A stretch of 62,259 nt of DNA, filler included, from Sphacelaria rigidula (GCA_964200075.2; 9 parts of 9 records of this genome joined end to end with filler, not necessarily neighbours in it); one strand, 5' to 3'. Positions 1-11,919 are shown, numbered from the whole stretch's first letter. Numbers and translations: made by a program. The notes: a model not told the origin generated them from the letters alone.

Positions 1-103
1 AAACGATTCATTCACTGATTGACCGCTCTTCACTCTCAATTGTATCATCTACTCTCAATTTCACGAAAACACTGTTCCTCGCGGTCGAGGGGTTAACTCC
101 AAA

Positions 104-398
104 CAGTGCTTTCCGTGTGACTTAAAATCTTGGAAAATGACTCATATGGACGACCGCATGCCCTCCCTGAAAATATTTTATAGGGGGTTTCCCGTCTTCT
201 TGTGTTCCCCAACAGGGTATGCGCGAAAGCACCTTTTTGCCTCGATCTCGGGGTGAAAACAGGGACGCTTTTAACCCGAAAATGGTGCTTTCGCGCATAT
301 ATACCCACCCCCCCAAAAAAGCTTCAGGGGGGCTCCGGGCGGATGAGGTCGTCCACATGAAAGTCATATGTCATTATTTCAGGTCAGGGAAAGCACTG
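104..398. mobile_element. Foldback MITE (~295 bp) with CAGTGCTTTCC terminal inverted repeats
   Basis: cagtgctttcc (104-114) is the reverse complement of ggaaagcactg (388-398). Inner segments also pair (atgactcatatggacgacc / ggtcgtccacatgaaagtcat). No TSD seen. Confidence 0.6.
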
Positions 399-1657
399 TG
401 ATACTGTTTGTTTTTGTCGCACTTTGAACCCCTCACCTTCCTCGGGACGAGTCCGTGATCTCAAGGGATCAACCCATCTTTCCCCCGGTACTGTACTGGA
501 GTTGAGCCTCGATCGTTTCAGCGCACACGCAGCAGCTGATCGCATCCGCCAACACCTCGGCTATATACTATGGGATGACATACTGGGTGTCCCCGCCTCC
601 CCCCCCAACCCCCCACCCTCCCTCAAGAACTCAAATTTTCGATTTGGGGGCTGACGTGTCCAGATTTTTTCGATTTTTCTCCCGGCAGACCGGCCGTAGC
701 AGTATCATTTGGGGGCGAAACAGGCGAAGGTACACTGTTGTCTGTTGTAGTATGCCGGTTAACCCCCTCTCCGAACAAAAAAATGTGCTCGTACTTCCTC
801 GCGCGCTGTTGACAGTCAGTAAAGTTTGTTACTGCGAACACAAATGTGAACGTTGCAGAACTACATGAACGGAAGGCACGAAGCATCCTCAATCACAGAC
901 AGTACCAACATGTAGCGGCAACAACCCGCCTCCTACACTCGGATACACTTCGACCGTGCTGCTTCCCGTTGGGTGGTTGTTCTGGTATGATGATCGCGAT
1001 GGTACTGTTGATGTACTGCACATATTGTCAGTGCTTGGGGCCATGGTATGCCAAGGTTTTGTACTTGAAACCACCACCATTTCCAACGTTTCGTAGTTTG
1101 GGACCTTGGAGAGGTTGGCGATCCATTGGTGGTCGCCAAGGTCGGTCATAAAGGGGGAACCTTAGTGGTACATATTTGGGTGCAGTATCGCGGATTACGC
1201 GCGGCGGAAATAGACATCTTGACATCGTGCGGCGGAATTAGAGGCCAGGATTCGGACTTTGACAGTATTACGTACGTATTGTTGTATCTGCGTTGTATCT
1301 GCAAATAATGCAGATTTGTGGCGGTTTCGCGTTGTCTCACACCGACCATATCTTGACAAGGTCCAATCGCACAAAACTTCCTGGGGATTCACCCCGACAA
1401 GCTCAATGGAGAGCATACGGACCTTGACCATTTCCGTTTCTACCATGTGATCAACGTGCCAGTTTCATCCAACACGTGTAAGAAGAGGGGGACTGAGCTG
1501 CTATATAGCGCACAACTGCGTCGATCCGCATCCCTCGACCTGATGCCTTGGTCGCAGGCACAACATCGTGGATAATCAACTCCGATCTAGATCTAGTCTG
1601 CATTGCTCTGGTTCACAAATAAAGGGCAGAAGCTCTCGGATTCATGTCGCGTTTGGT

Positions 1658-1942
1658 GGCACCGAGTTCATGCGTACGGGTCGTGATCTCATAATTAAAC
1701 TAAAATCATCGATTTTTTCGTTGATTTCCATGATTCTCGAACGGATTTAACCCTGGATTTCTGTGTTGATGGACACACGCGCGCTACTCAAGCCCCATGT
1801 GCCGCAGAGAGGGCAATAAGATTGAATTGTTTGGGGGTTTTCTGTCCAGGCCCGGTCTGGGCTTCATTTCCCTCCGCTAGCTGGCTACAGCCCAGAACAG
1901 TTCAGTACATCGATGATATTTTCACAGGCACCATGTCATCAT
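1658..1942 (+). mobile_element. Dispersed ~285-bp repeat ending in (CAT)n, SINE-like or LINE-3'-like, copy 1
   Basis: Colinear with 12782-13065 on another contig. Both start at ggcaccgagttcatg and end at gcaccatgtcatcat. Confidence 0.75.
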
Positions 1943-3198
1943 GAAACGAGCTTATACGTCATACCTTTGAAGGAGGGCGGTGCTCTGGCACACGGGATCA
2001 CACATGCAAGAGGGATGCATGTTTGCGTTAGCTGTCTGATGTCCCATGTGTAAGAGTATTTGGTCGTCTTCACCATTGCACCTCCAAACAATTTCTGTCG
2101 CGGTACCAACCGTATCTTTACCGCAAGATGCGCCAACCCTGGCCAGGCGGTCGGCATCGCGTGAGTACTGTCTGTACGGCACAGCTCAACACGAGCCATC
2201 CCGAACAAAAGCACCACGGCCAACAGTAGAGAGCTGCAGTAGCAGCATTAATGCCGATACAGTCCTTTTCTGGGGTTATGCCATCAGAGAGCATGAAACA
2301 AGGCACAGCGACAACGATAGCACCGCCTTATCTCATGCCCCGTATCCAAAGCCGTGCAGGGTGCAGGAGGCGAAAGCTAGCTCAGCGCAAAAAATGGAGA
2401 CTGCAACGCCGACCCCAGCCACCGCAACGATACCGCAGGCACGACGACGCTCATAGCAAACGTTGGGGACACCAATCCGTATACAGAAAGACAAAGCACT
2501 CCTTGTGGGGCCGTTGGTGTCCTGGATAGCATCTTTCCGCAGCACAGTACAGTCCTGTACTGTGGCTGCAGTGACTGCGGGGACCAGAAGGCCCGTGATC
2601 ACGATTGTGACGGAGCCTATACTAAAATCAAGTTTGCGTTATATAATGCGTTATATAATGTAGAGGGACTGGTAATAAGTTGAATTAAATTACTTGAAAT
2701 TAGTGTATGCGTTATATAACTTGGCCCGTACCCATGGGCCCACCGCCCGTTTGTTGTGCTGTACAAAGCGTCAAATTTTGTTTACGGTCGAAACTAAGAC
2801 CAAGCTAAGCGAGGCTCAGACCCGTTGTCTCGGATACCACGAAATATGAAATCGCGTTTAAAAAGTCATGTACGTCCAAAATTCAGTACCATTCTACAGA
2901 TCGTTCATATTCGGGCTGCTCGTGTTCTCGTGGCAGTCAGCTGCCTCGACATCTTTATTTGTCGACCGCAATCTATGGTTGCGCCGCACAACTGTCTGTA
3001 GCGTACTGTACCATAGATCACAGAGAGCACAGTCGCAACTAAACCCAAGCTACACCAATACTCAGGAATTGATCTACCCCCATCGTTACTGCGGCCGTGA
3101 GCCAACAGTAGAAAGGAGTAGGCTAAGTTCAAATCCATAGACACACCACAGGAACAGCAGAACAGCAGCTTCAACAGCTTTCCCAGCAGCCGCCGACA

Positions 3199-3391
3199 AT
3201 GGCTACTCGCGCACAATTTGAGAACTCGAACGAGATTGGAGTGTTCTCCAAGCTCACCAACAGCTACGCGCTGTGCTCCATCGGTGGGAGCGAGAACTTC
3301 TACAGCGTCTATGAAGCGGAGCTTGCAGACCACATACCGGTCGTGCACACAAGTATAGCTGGCTGCCGCTTCGTTGGGCGTGTGTGTGTAG
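3199..3391 (+). CDS. EIF6: Eukaryotic translation initiation factor 6, first coding exon (rest of gene not in this contig)
   Basis: [65 protein letters not shown] is the conserved eIF6/TIF6 N-terminus. Phase-1 donor G|GTGAGT at 3392. Confidence 0.96.
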
Positions 3392-4319
3392 GTGAGTGGC
3401 CGAAGGAGTAGCACCACATTTTGATATCCCCCCCCCCCTCCCCACCGCCTTTCACTCCCGCTTCCCTGGCAAGTGTGGCTGCGGTGGCGGGCCATTTGAG
3501 ACAGACCTTCGCTCCTCTGGACAGTCATCGCTGCTTTACTGTCCATCCGACTGCGTGTAGTTTGCGGGAGAGTCTCCTGACTGTTGTACTGACTGTACTG
3601 ACTGTACTGGCTGAGTATACCTCCTACCCTCTATATCTCCGCATACAGACAGTACTTGCGGATTTTGGGATCCGTGATTGGATGGACTTTGTACTGTCGT
3701 TGGTACGAAATTATCTGTACTTTGTGCTGATCGTATATTTTTTTTCTGACAGTCTGTGGCGCTGCAATGTTTGTGTTGCGCGATGCATAATCTGGTGGCT
3801 AGTGTGATGGTTCAAAGTGGGCCAGCAATACATGAAGCAACTGGTCGGTGGTGCATTGTACATGTACTACCCGTGAACAACCTGCCTGACCATCTGCGTT
3901 ACATGCGGATGGATGTCAGTGTTCAGCATGTTGGCCCAAGTTAGCGGGGCAATGCAGAGAATGATCCGCAGTCCGCCCCAGGTGACCGCCATCACATTTC
4001 GTCGAGATCAAGATTACTTCAAAATTGTCGAACCATGCGTATTGCTGTAGTCGGTACAATACAGTGCGTTGCTCCTCTTGTGTATATGAAGAGGTACACG
4101 CCTCCACTCATCCGATGCCAGCATGCCATTCCAAGGTGGAACCCTGTCTGCGATTTTGACTTCATTTCCCGATGCCGGAATATCGTACTAGATACGCTTC
4201 CCCTTGAGACGCGAGCAATGACACAAATTTGGCCAGGACAAGTTCGAGTATGATTGAGCCTGTTTGATTGTACCTGTGGAGAGAAACGTGAAGTCTCGCC
4301 TGTGGTGTAATATGTAATA

Positions 4320-5217
4320 TAGGAGTCAGCATCAGAAGTCTTCAGAATTCGTAGTTGTCCTTTTTTATGAGTTTTTCTGGAGTATCGTTCTTCACTACTA
4401 CTTGATAGTGCTAGCGCCGGTAGATTTAGAGAGAAAGTGTAGGCCGCGCTCAAACTGCAGTGCTCACGTTGGTGTTTTTGGGGCGATACGGACTTGATAC
4501 CCCGTATATCAGGAGGGTGTTATTGACTTTTTGGCCCAATATAAGCAGTTTTCCCGCTCTTCAGTGATGAAACTGTGAATATTCAGATAAGCTAATACGT
4601 ATAACGTTCTTCACAACGACGATCGAGATCGTGTTTCCCTCCTATACTGCACAGACCTCAGTCTAGCATTTTCTGGGGATGGCCTATTTTCGGGTTTTTT
4701 CCATGACATTTTCCATGAGCACTCGAAAGGCCAGCGTCGATAGTTTCGGCAAAACAAGCAAACCGTGCTCAAATCACAATCGCCCAAGTTGTTGTTGTGG
4801 GGACGATACCGGGTAAAGACCCCGTTTATCAGGAGGATGTTATTGACCGTAAATGGTAAAAAAAACATAGTTTTCATGCATTAGCCCAGTGACTAGGTGG
4901 AATAAAAAAAACGATCCTTTTTGAGTCTTCGCTTATACAATCCGGATCGAGTCGGTCCACCGAAAACACCGAAAAGCTAGAGCCTGGGATCGTCTTTTCG
5001 CAGGATCCCCAAAGATCGGTCAAGCCCGTAAGTCACTCATGATTGGTCGCAGATGATTTTTTTTCAATATTTGTCAAAAGGATTCAAATATCTCTGGATA
5101 CCCATTTTGTGGCATCCAACAGTCACTGTGATGAGCGGAGGCAAGCAAAACAAATTAGGACAATATTTGAGAAACTAAGAAATTACGAATTCTGCATACC
5201 TCTGACGCTGACTACTG
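4320..5217 (+). mobile_element. Tc1/mariner-type MITE (long variant) downstream of the eIF6 exon-1 donor, presumably in intron 1
   Basis: Imperfect ~37-bp TIR (taggagtcagcatcagaagtcttcagaattcgta vs reverse complement of tacgaattctgcatacctctgacgctgactactg). TA on both flanks (4318-19, 5218-19). Internal sequence related to 52875-53417 and 58260-58804. Confidence 0.75.
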
Positions 5218-6081
5218 TAGATTTGGGATATCGTTTTTTGAGAGGGTCCAGGTTCGCCCTCACTTGTGTTTTACTAGTCATCCGCCGCGCCTCCGATGTT
5301 GTACAGCTACAGGTACTACAGTAAGATTTGCGATTTTTCATAATACAAACAGAAACAACGATAATAACAGCGTTAACGATGTTTTCGTGAGATTGAGAGT
5401 GAGAAGCGGTCAATCAATTAAAGAAATAGTTTCAGTCCCGAAATGCACCTCCTGGCCTCATATATACTCTCTGTAGTAGCTTGACACTGAAGCCTTTGAT
5501 ATCCCAAAGTAGGACACTGACGTGTAGCTGTAAGCATACGACGCAGTGCTACAGGCAAAGAAAAGCGCACACAAAATGAAAAACTGGTCCAAGTTAGAGC
5601 GAATGATAAAACTTACTCTCAATCAACGCAAAACTGTCGATCTCACGGAAACATTGCTTATATTATGACTGGTATAGTAGGAAGACGTTCGGAAAACCCG
5701 TCGTTTTCTGTGTTCTCTCAGGGGCGAACTCTCTCTTTTCAACACTTGTGTCAATCAAGTGCTTTCCTTTGACTCACGTGAAACAGTATTCTCACCTCGT
5801 GCCTTATCGGAATTAGAAAAAGAAAGCGAGAAAGGAAACAAGTGTCCAAAATATGCAGCATGTTGATAAGTCGTCCCAACCGCAGACCCGCCTGGCGACC
5901 GCCCAACATGCTTTTGGGAGTTTGTTGGGTTCCTTGCTTCTTTTCAGTTCTCGTCTCGACAAGACAGGGCCTCACTACCTCTCCTGAAGTTTCACAAAGA
6001 CAGATACATTCACCGCAGTTTTTCTGCTGCTCAACATACATCATCTGAGAAACGAATGACACTGAAAAGAAGCAAATAAAC

Positions 6082-6460
6082 GCACACACACACACACACA
6101 CACATAAACACGCGCGCACACACGAACCATATTTATTTTTTTGCTGCAGCTGCTACCACCACCACTACTACCCCTACTCCTACTGCTACTATTACTGCCA
6201 CTACTGCTGCAGCAGCGGAGGTATCATATGGTCGAGCAGCTATAGCACTCTCGGCAGGTGATCATAACATTGACTGGCTCTCTCCCTCCACACCCCTGAC
6301 ATCGGAAGCGCTCGCTCATTTTCAACATCGCTACTACAACTACAACTACTTCTTCTACTACTACTACTACTACTACTACTTCTGCAGCAGAGGTAGTGTC
6401 GAGCAACTATTGATAGCTGTATGTATAAAGATAGATGATCAGAATTTGACTGGTTTTCTG
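6082..6460. repeat. (CA)n and (CTA)n microsatellites with a diverged two-copy tandem unit
   Basis: CA run at ~6082-6122. CTA runs at ~6150-6205 and 6331-6380, each followed by similar gcagcag..gaggta..gtcgagca..tgatca..ttgactgg sequence. Confidence 0.7.
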
Positions 6461-6830
6461 CACACGTTACACATGGCCGAGGGTGATTCTACGCTATAGG
6501 GTGCACAATTTTTTTCTGAGGCTCTGCACTTTCGGAGCCTCTTCATGACAAACATCTGGGCCTTAGTGTGCAGCCTCCGAAGACTCTTGGACTAAAAAAT
6601 GCTCCCCTACCGTAGAGTTACTCCCGACCTTCGCTTGATTTCCAGGTCCTGCTTCCGAAATGCGACCGGCTCGCGTCCCTCGAGTACATCAACGACCCAG
6701 GAAGCGACAGAGGTAGCACGGAGCACAAGCACTAACTTCGTTACAGAATGGATACGTGAATCCTCCCCCCTGTACTCATGATCATGCGTGCCATAGTCAT
6801 AAAGACCATTGACCTCGCATCCCTACAAAG

Positions 6831-6930
6831 NNNNNNNNNNNNNNNNNNNNNNNNNNNNNNNNNNNNNNNNNNNNTTAATTAATTAANNNNNNNNNNNNNN
6901 NNNNNNNNNNNNNNNNNNNNNNNNNNNNNN
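6831..6930. other. Artificial 100-bp contig spacer (also at 13760-13859, 20689-20788, 27618-27717, 34547-34646, 41476-41575, 48404-48503, 55332-55431)
   Basis: 44 N + TTAATTAATTAA (stops in all six frames) + 44 N, eight times. Intervening segments are 6830/6829/6828 bp in descending order. Confidence 0.99.
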
Positions 6931-6979
6931 ATTTACACTTGTGTACTTGTGTCCTATAACTGTTTCCAGGGGACCTTTG

Positions 6980-7430
6980 GGACCATCACGCCAGAAAAAA
7001 TATATGTATCACCCGCCGTTTACAGATTGAATTGCAAACCCAACAACACTTATCCCCAGCTATAATACCACCACGATAACCCTGCAGCAAAGAGCACGAG
7101 TTGGGCACAGGGATATAGATACACACTGCAGTAGTTGAGCATGATGTATATCTTGTTGGTGGAAGTTTGAACCTGAGCAGCGGGTTATGGTGCGAGCAAC
7201 AACCGGTGGTTCACTGCATACACACCCATGAACAGTGGAGGCAGACAAAGCTGCGCACACTATTCAAGTCCTTTTCACGCTGCACTGTGAGCAGGAAACA
7301 TACATATAGTCCTGCGCTGTCTGCACTGTACTTTGTGCGCTTCCCTTTCACGTCCTACTGATTTCAGCGGTGAGCACGCTGCAAGAACGGGCGTCGTGTA
7401 TACTCAGTAGCTCACGGTATATAACACCGC
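6980..7430 (+). repeat. Interspersed repeat shared with 23225-23715
   Basis: Colinear blocks, e.g. gcaaacccaacaacactt, accctgcagcaaag.gcacgagttgggca, atatagtcctgcgctgtctg, ttcacgtcctact. Confidence 0.75.
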
Positions 7431-7842
7431 TATGCACCCAAAGTTACATATATCCATATTTTTAGCTCTCTTCGTGCATCGGCGCTGAGTTCGACCCCTC
7501 GGATAGTATAGAGCCCCGTGATAACTTGCACCCGGCCTTCAAACGCCGACACTCGGCCGATATGATTCCAGCTATGAGCATCTTCACATCCGTAATCAGG
7601 GACAAAGAGAATACAAAACCAGGCGAACCAAGCGTCGACTAGCGACGCTCGAAACCTGAAAGTCAAAGGGTTCGGGAGGAAAGTACGACTCGAACAACGC
7701 GAAAAACGGCGCGATGGAAGATCAAGCGCCCGCGCACAATATTTAGGACCCATTCGAGTACGCACCCGTCTTGCCGTAAGTCGAGTGCCACTGCTGCTCC
7801 TCGCCTGCATAGCACTCCGTGTGTACTGTCTTTCCTCTACAG

Positions 7843-7999
7843 GTGACGACGAAGCCATCATATCTCCGGACGACGGTCCATTCTCTGTCACAGCGTTTAT
7901 TGTTCCCGGCTCCGGGTCAGAAGGTGTAGCACCGTCAGCTGCCGGCCAACTCTCGCCACCGGAGCACAGCTTCTCTCCCTCGTGCGACGACTCTTTGAG
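7843..7999 (+). CDS. Possible internal exon of an unidentified gene
   Basis: Acceptor ctttcctctacag|, donor |gtaggg, open frame (G)DDEAIISPDDGPFSVTAFIVPGSGSEGVAPSAAGQLSPPEHSFSPSCDDSLR. No family recognised. Confidence 0.4.
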
Positions 8000-8335
8000 G
8001 TAGGGGCGTTCCGCTCCCGCTCGTGGGTGCAACGACCTAGCTCGGTCGGCTCTCTTTTCGTTCCCAACCTCCACAGCACCTGCACCGCTACCCTTCCGGT
8101 GCTCTGGGATGACCTTGCGGGCCGTGCTGTAAGTGATTTCGCACCACCTCTACAATCAACCCAACCAGGTCGGTGGACGAGATGACAAACAAAACAAAAA
8201 TGAACGTTCGAATCGTCGCTAAGAAGGCGTATCAGGTGCCACACTTGGCTTGATATGATAAATGAATACAGGGCTCCCCTTGGGAAGGTTGGTACAGCAC
8301 TGGCCTCCCGGGGTTGACGCAAGTCCAAAATATAT

Positions 8336-9383
8336 GAAAGATATGCTCCATCTGTATTTTTCAAATGAAGCGGGTTTCGGATTGTCGGCAACCTTATCCG
8401 GATCAATCCGCGGAGTGAAAAAGGTGGCGGATATATGGATGTCCGATTTGCAGACGGATTTCGAGGTAAACGAGCGATGGATACTTCTCAACCCTTCCCG
8501 CATGCATGTTGCGCATGTCTGAAAGGGGTCGTGGAGCCTTGGATCACGCAGTATCATGAATCAGATGCACAAATAAAATCAAGATTAAAGTGAAAAAGGT
8601 TGACGTTATTATCCCCGCATTATGCCAGCGATGTGCAAGAATGAACGCCTTTTCCATGGTAGACCGCAAAAACCAAGTTCGACCACGACATCCAACTTTC
8701 GACAGACCGCTACACACCACAGCACGCGTGTGATGTGCTTGATGAACAGCTGCATCGGCTGCTTCATCTCCCGCGAAGACACAATTTACGATCTCACGAC
8801 CAAGTACTGCTGGCAACGACTACGTTGGATTCTTTTCAATCAAGTGCTGACCGAGTAAACTTCTCGGCCGCCTCCCAAGTTGTCCCGATTTCGAGTCTGT
8901 TTCTTCGTTGCGTCAAAGTATGTCCAGTCTGCAAGGATCCTCGCTATGAGGCACCTGACGATGCCGGAACAGCCAGGGCGTTCCGAGCGACCTGCGCAAT
9001 GAGTGGGTACTAGTGCGCATTCGGCGCCCACCACTTGGGCGGGTTCTCGTTGATATTGATGGCCAGAGCAGCTTCCATCGCGATGTAAAAAACAAAACGT
9101 TATTTTTTTTCAAACAGAGCGGATTAGGATTGGAGTCACACGCAGACGATATCGGGATTGGACAGAACGGAGCACATCTCTGGAGTTTAGGCTCGGTGGG
9201 GCGTGTGGGGTGCCTTTATCCGGATTGTGAGCTGCAGGAGTGGCCGGATATCGAATTCTTCACGTCATACGTTGTCCGGATAGTAAACGGATTTATCCGC
9301 GGGTGTTTTTCCAAACGGAGCAGATTAGAATTGAAGTCAACCGGGGCGGATATCCGGAGTGGGCGGAGCGGAGCACATCTCCT
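8336..9383 (-). mobile_element. Internally deleted hAT transposon relic with duplicated end
   Basis: Left end gaaagatatgctcc resembles the reverse complement of ggagcacatctctg (9169-9182), which recurs at ~9370-9384. CGGAT-rich subterminal repeats. Contains a hAT dimerisation-domain remnant. Confidence 0.7.
8884..9090 (-). pseudogene. hAT transposase C-terminal dimerisation domain remnant
   Basis: Hand translation FYIAMEAALAININENPPKWWAPNAH*YPLIAQVARNALAVPASSGAS*RGSLQTGHTLTQRRNRLEIG matches the WW..YP.LA..AR..L.VPASS..SER...RRNRL pattern (PF05699 type). Two in-frame stops. Confidence 0.85.
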
Positions 9384-9859
9384 GAATATGTCAGTACTAT
9401 TCCTTTTTTCCATATTATGGAGGCATGTGTGTGGGAGAATATGTACCTTAGAGTAGATACTGTCATATTCCGCAATATCAATTGTCGCAGATCAAAAGTG
9501 GAGATCATCACGGGGATGGGGGTGGGCACTTCCAGCATCCAGCTTCAGGGGCAGTGTGCAGAGGTGGGAAAAGCACCATCATGCATGACACCCGTCACAG
9601 CACACATCGCAAGTGATTGCTACAACTGCAAAAAGGTCGCGTCCCGGTAGTACACGGCGAACTTGTGCAGGGTTCTCTACATGCCGGCCCCACCCAGCGC
9701 GCACGTATTTGAAATCACACTTGGTAGACCTTATGAAATGTACGCAAACGATGGTTGGAAATCGATTATACTTCATTCCAGACTGAAGACAGTTCCGAGA
9801 AAATTGATGATTTGGGACAGGTGAGCAGTGGTGCGCAGTAGATCCAGCTCGTCCAGAAC

Positions 9860-10001
9860 GTGTTTTGGTCAAAAATCGGCTCAAAAGCGTCGATTTGAGC
9901 TCTCGCCATGCACCCGTTACTGAAAAAACCCTCTGCACCCCCCTTGCCCCGGGGTTCTCGGTATGCCTTGGTCGGGGTTAGGGCTAGGGTTAGCGATAGG
10001 G
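9860..10001 (-). repeat. Telomere-like-headed repeat unit (family also at 43388-44450)
   Basis: ccccttgccccggggttctcggtatgccttggtcggggttagggctagggttagcgataggg matches 44342-44410. Confidence 0.7.
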
Positions 10002-10340
10002 CTGGCGGCATCTCCATAGTAACATTGTTTACGTACATATATCTAGGTCCCCTCTGTGAAGTACCTGCGTAGGACTGCATCCCTGTTACAAGGACATGTC
10101 TGCCATCCCCGTCACCAGGACAACCCTGCGCCGGTAAATCACTGGTGCATCCTGTAAGAAAACTCTCTCTTACGGATTGCATGACAACAGGGATTTTGGT
10201 ACCCCCTGCGTTGGTCCTCCACAGGTGACCCACAGTGGGGACGTTTTGCCCACGTGTGTGCCTTGTTCAACTCGCCAACGGCTGATTGCACGGTGCTGTG
10301 TTTGCTGCTGACTACGGCGAAGGCAATTTCTCAACTGTTT

Positions 10341-10728
10341 TCAACTGCTTTGCTCTCATGTTCTCGTGACATTCGCTGCATAACCGCCGTCTTCGTGCTC
10401 CCAAATTAACGAGAACGCAAACAAAACCACGGTGAAAAAATACCCCGCCATGACCGGCTTTTGTGATTCGGGTTCCTTTTTGAAGTTTTCAATCATCTCG
10501 TAGAAGCTCTTGAGGTTCGGGATCGACACCCTGCGAAAAAAAGCTAGTTTGGGCTGCTTTCGGTGGCCACAACACGCGCCACAGCTATCAGATGGCGCCA
10601 AAACCTGAACGGTAACAAACCGCTGCGCCTTCTTCGTGCGCTGCAAAAGGAACAGAATGCCTTGCTGCCAAAGAAAACTCGGCCAAAGCGGTGAAAAATG
10701 TGAAATGATACATGTACATACATATAAT
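10341..10728 (-). repeat. Interspersed repeat shared (inverted) with 34168-34546
   Basis: Reverse-complement colinear over ~380 bp. Both copies translate to similar TKKAQR..TVQV...CG.C.GHRK...VSIPN.KS segments. Confidence 0.8.
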
Positions 10729-11645
10729 AAATATCGATGGATAGATATGTACATGCACAAATCAGAATTTGCCTTGATATACCACAACGTCACACTCCAT
10801 GCCGCCGATGCATTCTAAATATGACAAGTCGATAACATATCACACGTTATGGATATCTGTGGATATCACTCATCAAAATTTGCCGTGCAGCCGCGACAGG
10901 ACTCAACTCTGGTGTGGGACGGAGACATGGTGGCGTTGAGTCATCCTCTACAAGCGATACGTCGGCGATGAAGGCCCAGCACCAAACTTCAAGAGCGTGT
11001 CAACCATTCTCAACAGAAGTGGCTACAACGCAAAAATTCCCGCCAAGGTGAACCGCGAAGAAGGACCATCTAACGTGGTATTAGCACCCAACGACTTGCA
11101 CGACTTGACGTATCGACGTCCAGTGATCCATGTACCGACAGGGCTGATAAATTTTACCCAGTTCCTTCCCCCCCCCATGAAACAGTACATCAAGTGCCGA
11201 TATCTTTCCGGTGCATTGGTACGTGAAAATCTCGCCGATATGGTACATGATCCTTCAGAATACTTCGATTCATCACTATAAATAGCGTAAATCTCGATGA
11301 CATCTCGGTACATTGATCCATTGGACATACCGACATGTGCCGATATGTGCCGATATCTCGAACAAGTTCTCAGTAGTCGACCCCAGCAACTTCGCATATA
11401 TCATACCACGGTAGGGATCGCGTTGTTTGGTGAACGGACACACAGACGAGACCAGCAAATTGATTGCAGCAGGACGCCTACTCAAAAACGTTCACAGCAA
11501 ATTGCGCAAACCACACGGATAACGATGGACAGGACAGTGGCCCACGCCTGGCGACAGAGTGCGACAACGTGCGACAGCGCAGGGCTGACGCAACGTTCAC
11601 CAAATCACGCTGACGTCTCTCACAGCGTGACATCATCCATTTCCT

Positions 11646-11919
11646 AGTCACTGCATGAACGAAGTGCAACAAGTGCGTCTACTATCGTGCCCACCTGATA
11701 AAGTCGCAACTGACCACATCCGCGAGGGTTCAACGGTCATCATAAATCTTCGCCACCAAGTGCGGAACTAGCTCGAAAAAGGTCTGTTCGAGCTTGTTTC
11801 GCACTTGGTGGCGAAGACTTATGATGACCGTTGGACCCTCGCGGATGTGGTCAGTTGCGAATTTTACCAAGTGGGCATGGTGGTAGACACACTTGTTGCA
11901 CTTCGTTCACGCAGTGACT
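11646..11919. repeat. Long palindrome: 132/133-bp arms, 9-nt spacer
   Basis: Arms 11646-11777 and 11787-11919 are reverse complements with 12 substitutions and one 1-nt indel (hand alignment). Confidence 0.95.

Noticed and set aside
1..96. piggyBac-like ends (GAGGGG|TTAA at 87-96, TTAA|CCCC at ~759, GAGGGG|TTAA at ~31441-31450)
   Set aside because: Only unpaired ends were found. Related sequence at ~5380, ~20580 and ~37375 confirms a repeat family but not its superfamily.
2905..3546. 213-aa minus-strand ORF
   Set aside because: Antisense shadow of the eIF6 exon and its flanks.
7430..8406. 214-aa and 169-aa minus-strand ORFs
   Set aside because: No recognisable motifs. The better-supported signal is a possible plus-strand exon at 7843-7999.
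10356..10793. Apparent conserved small protein with a CxxCxGH motif, also at 33992-34426
   Set aside because: The similarity is explained by nucleotide-level copies of one repeat. It extends beyond the shared frame and includes indels, so coding is unsupported.
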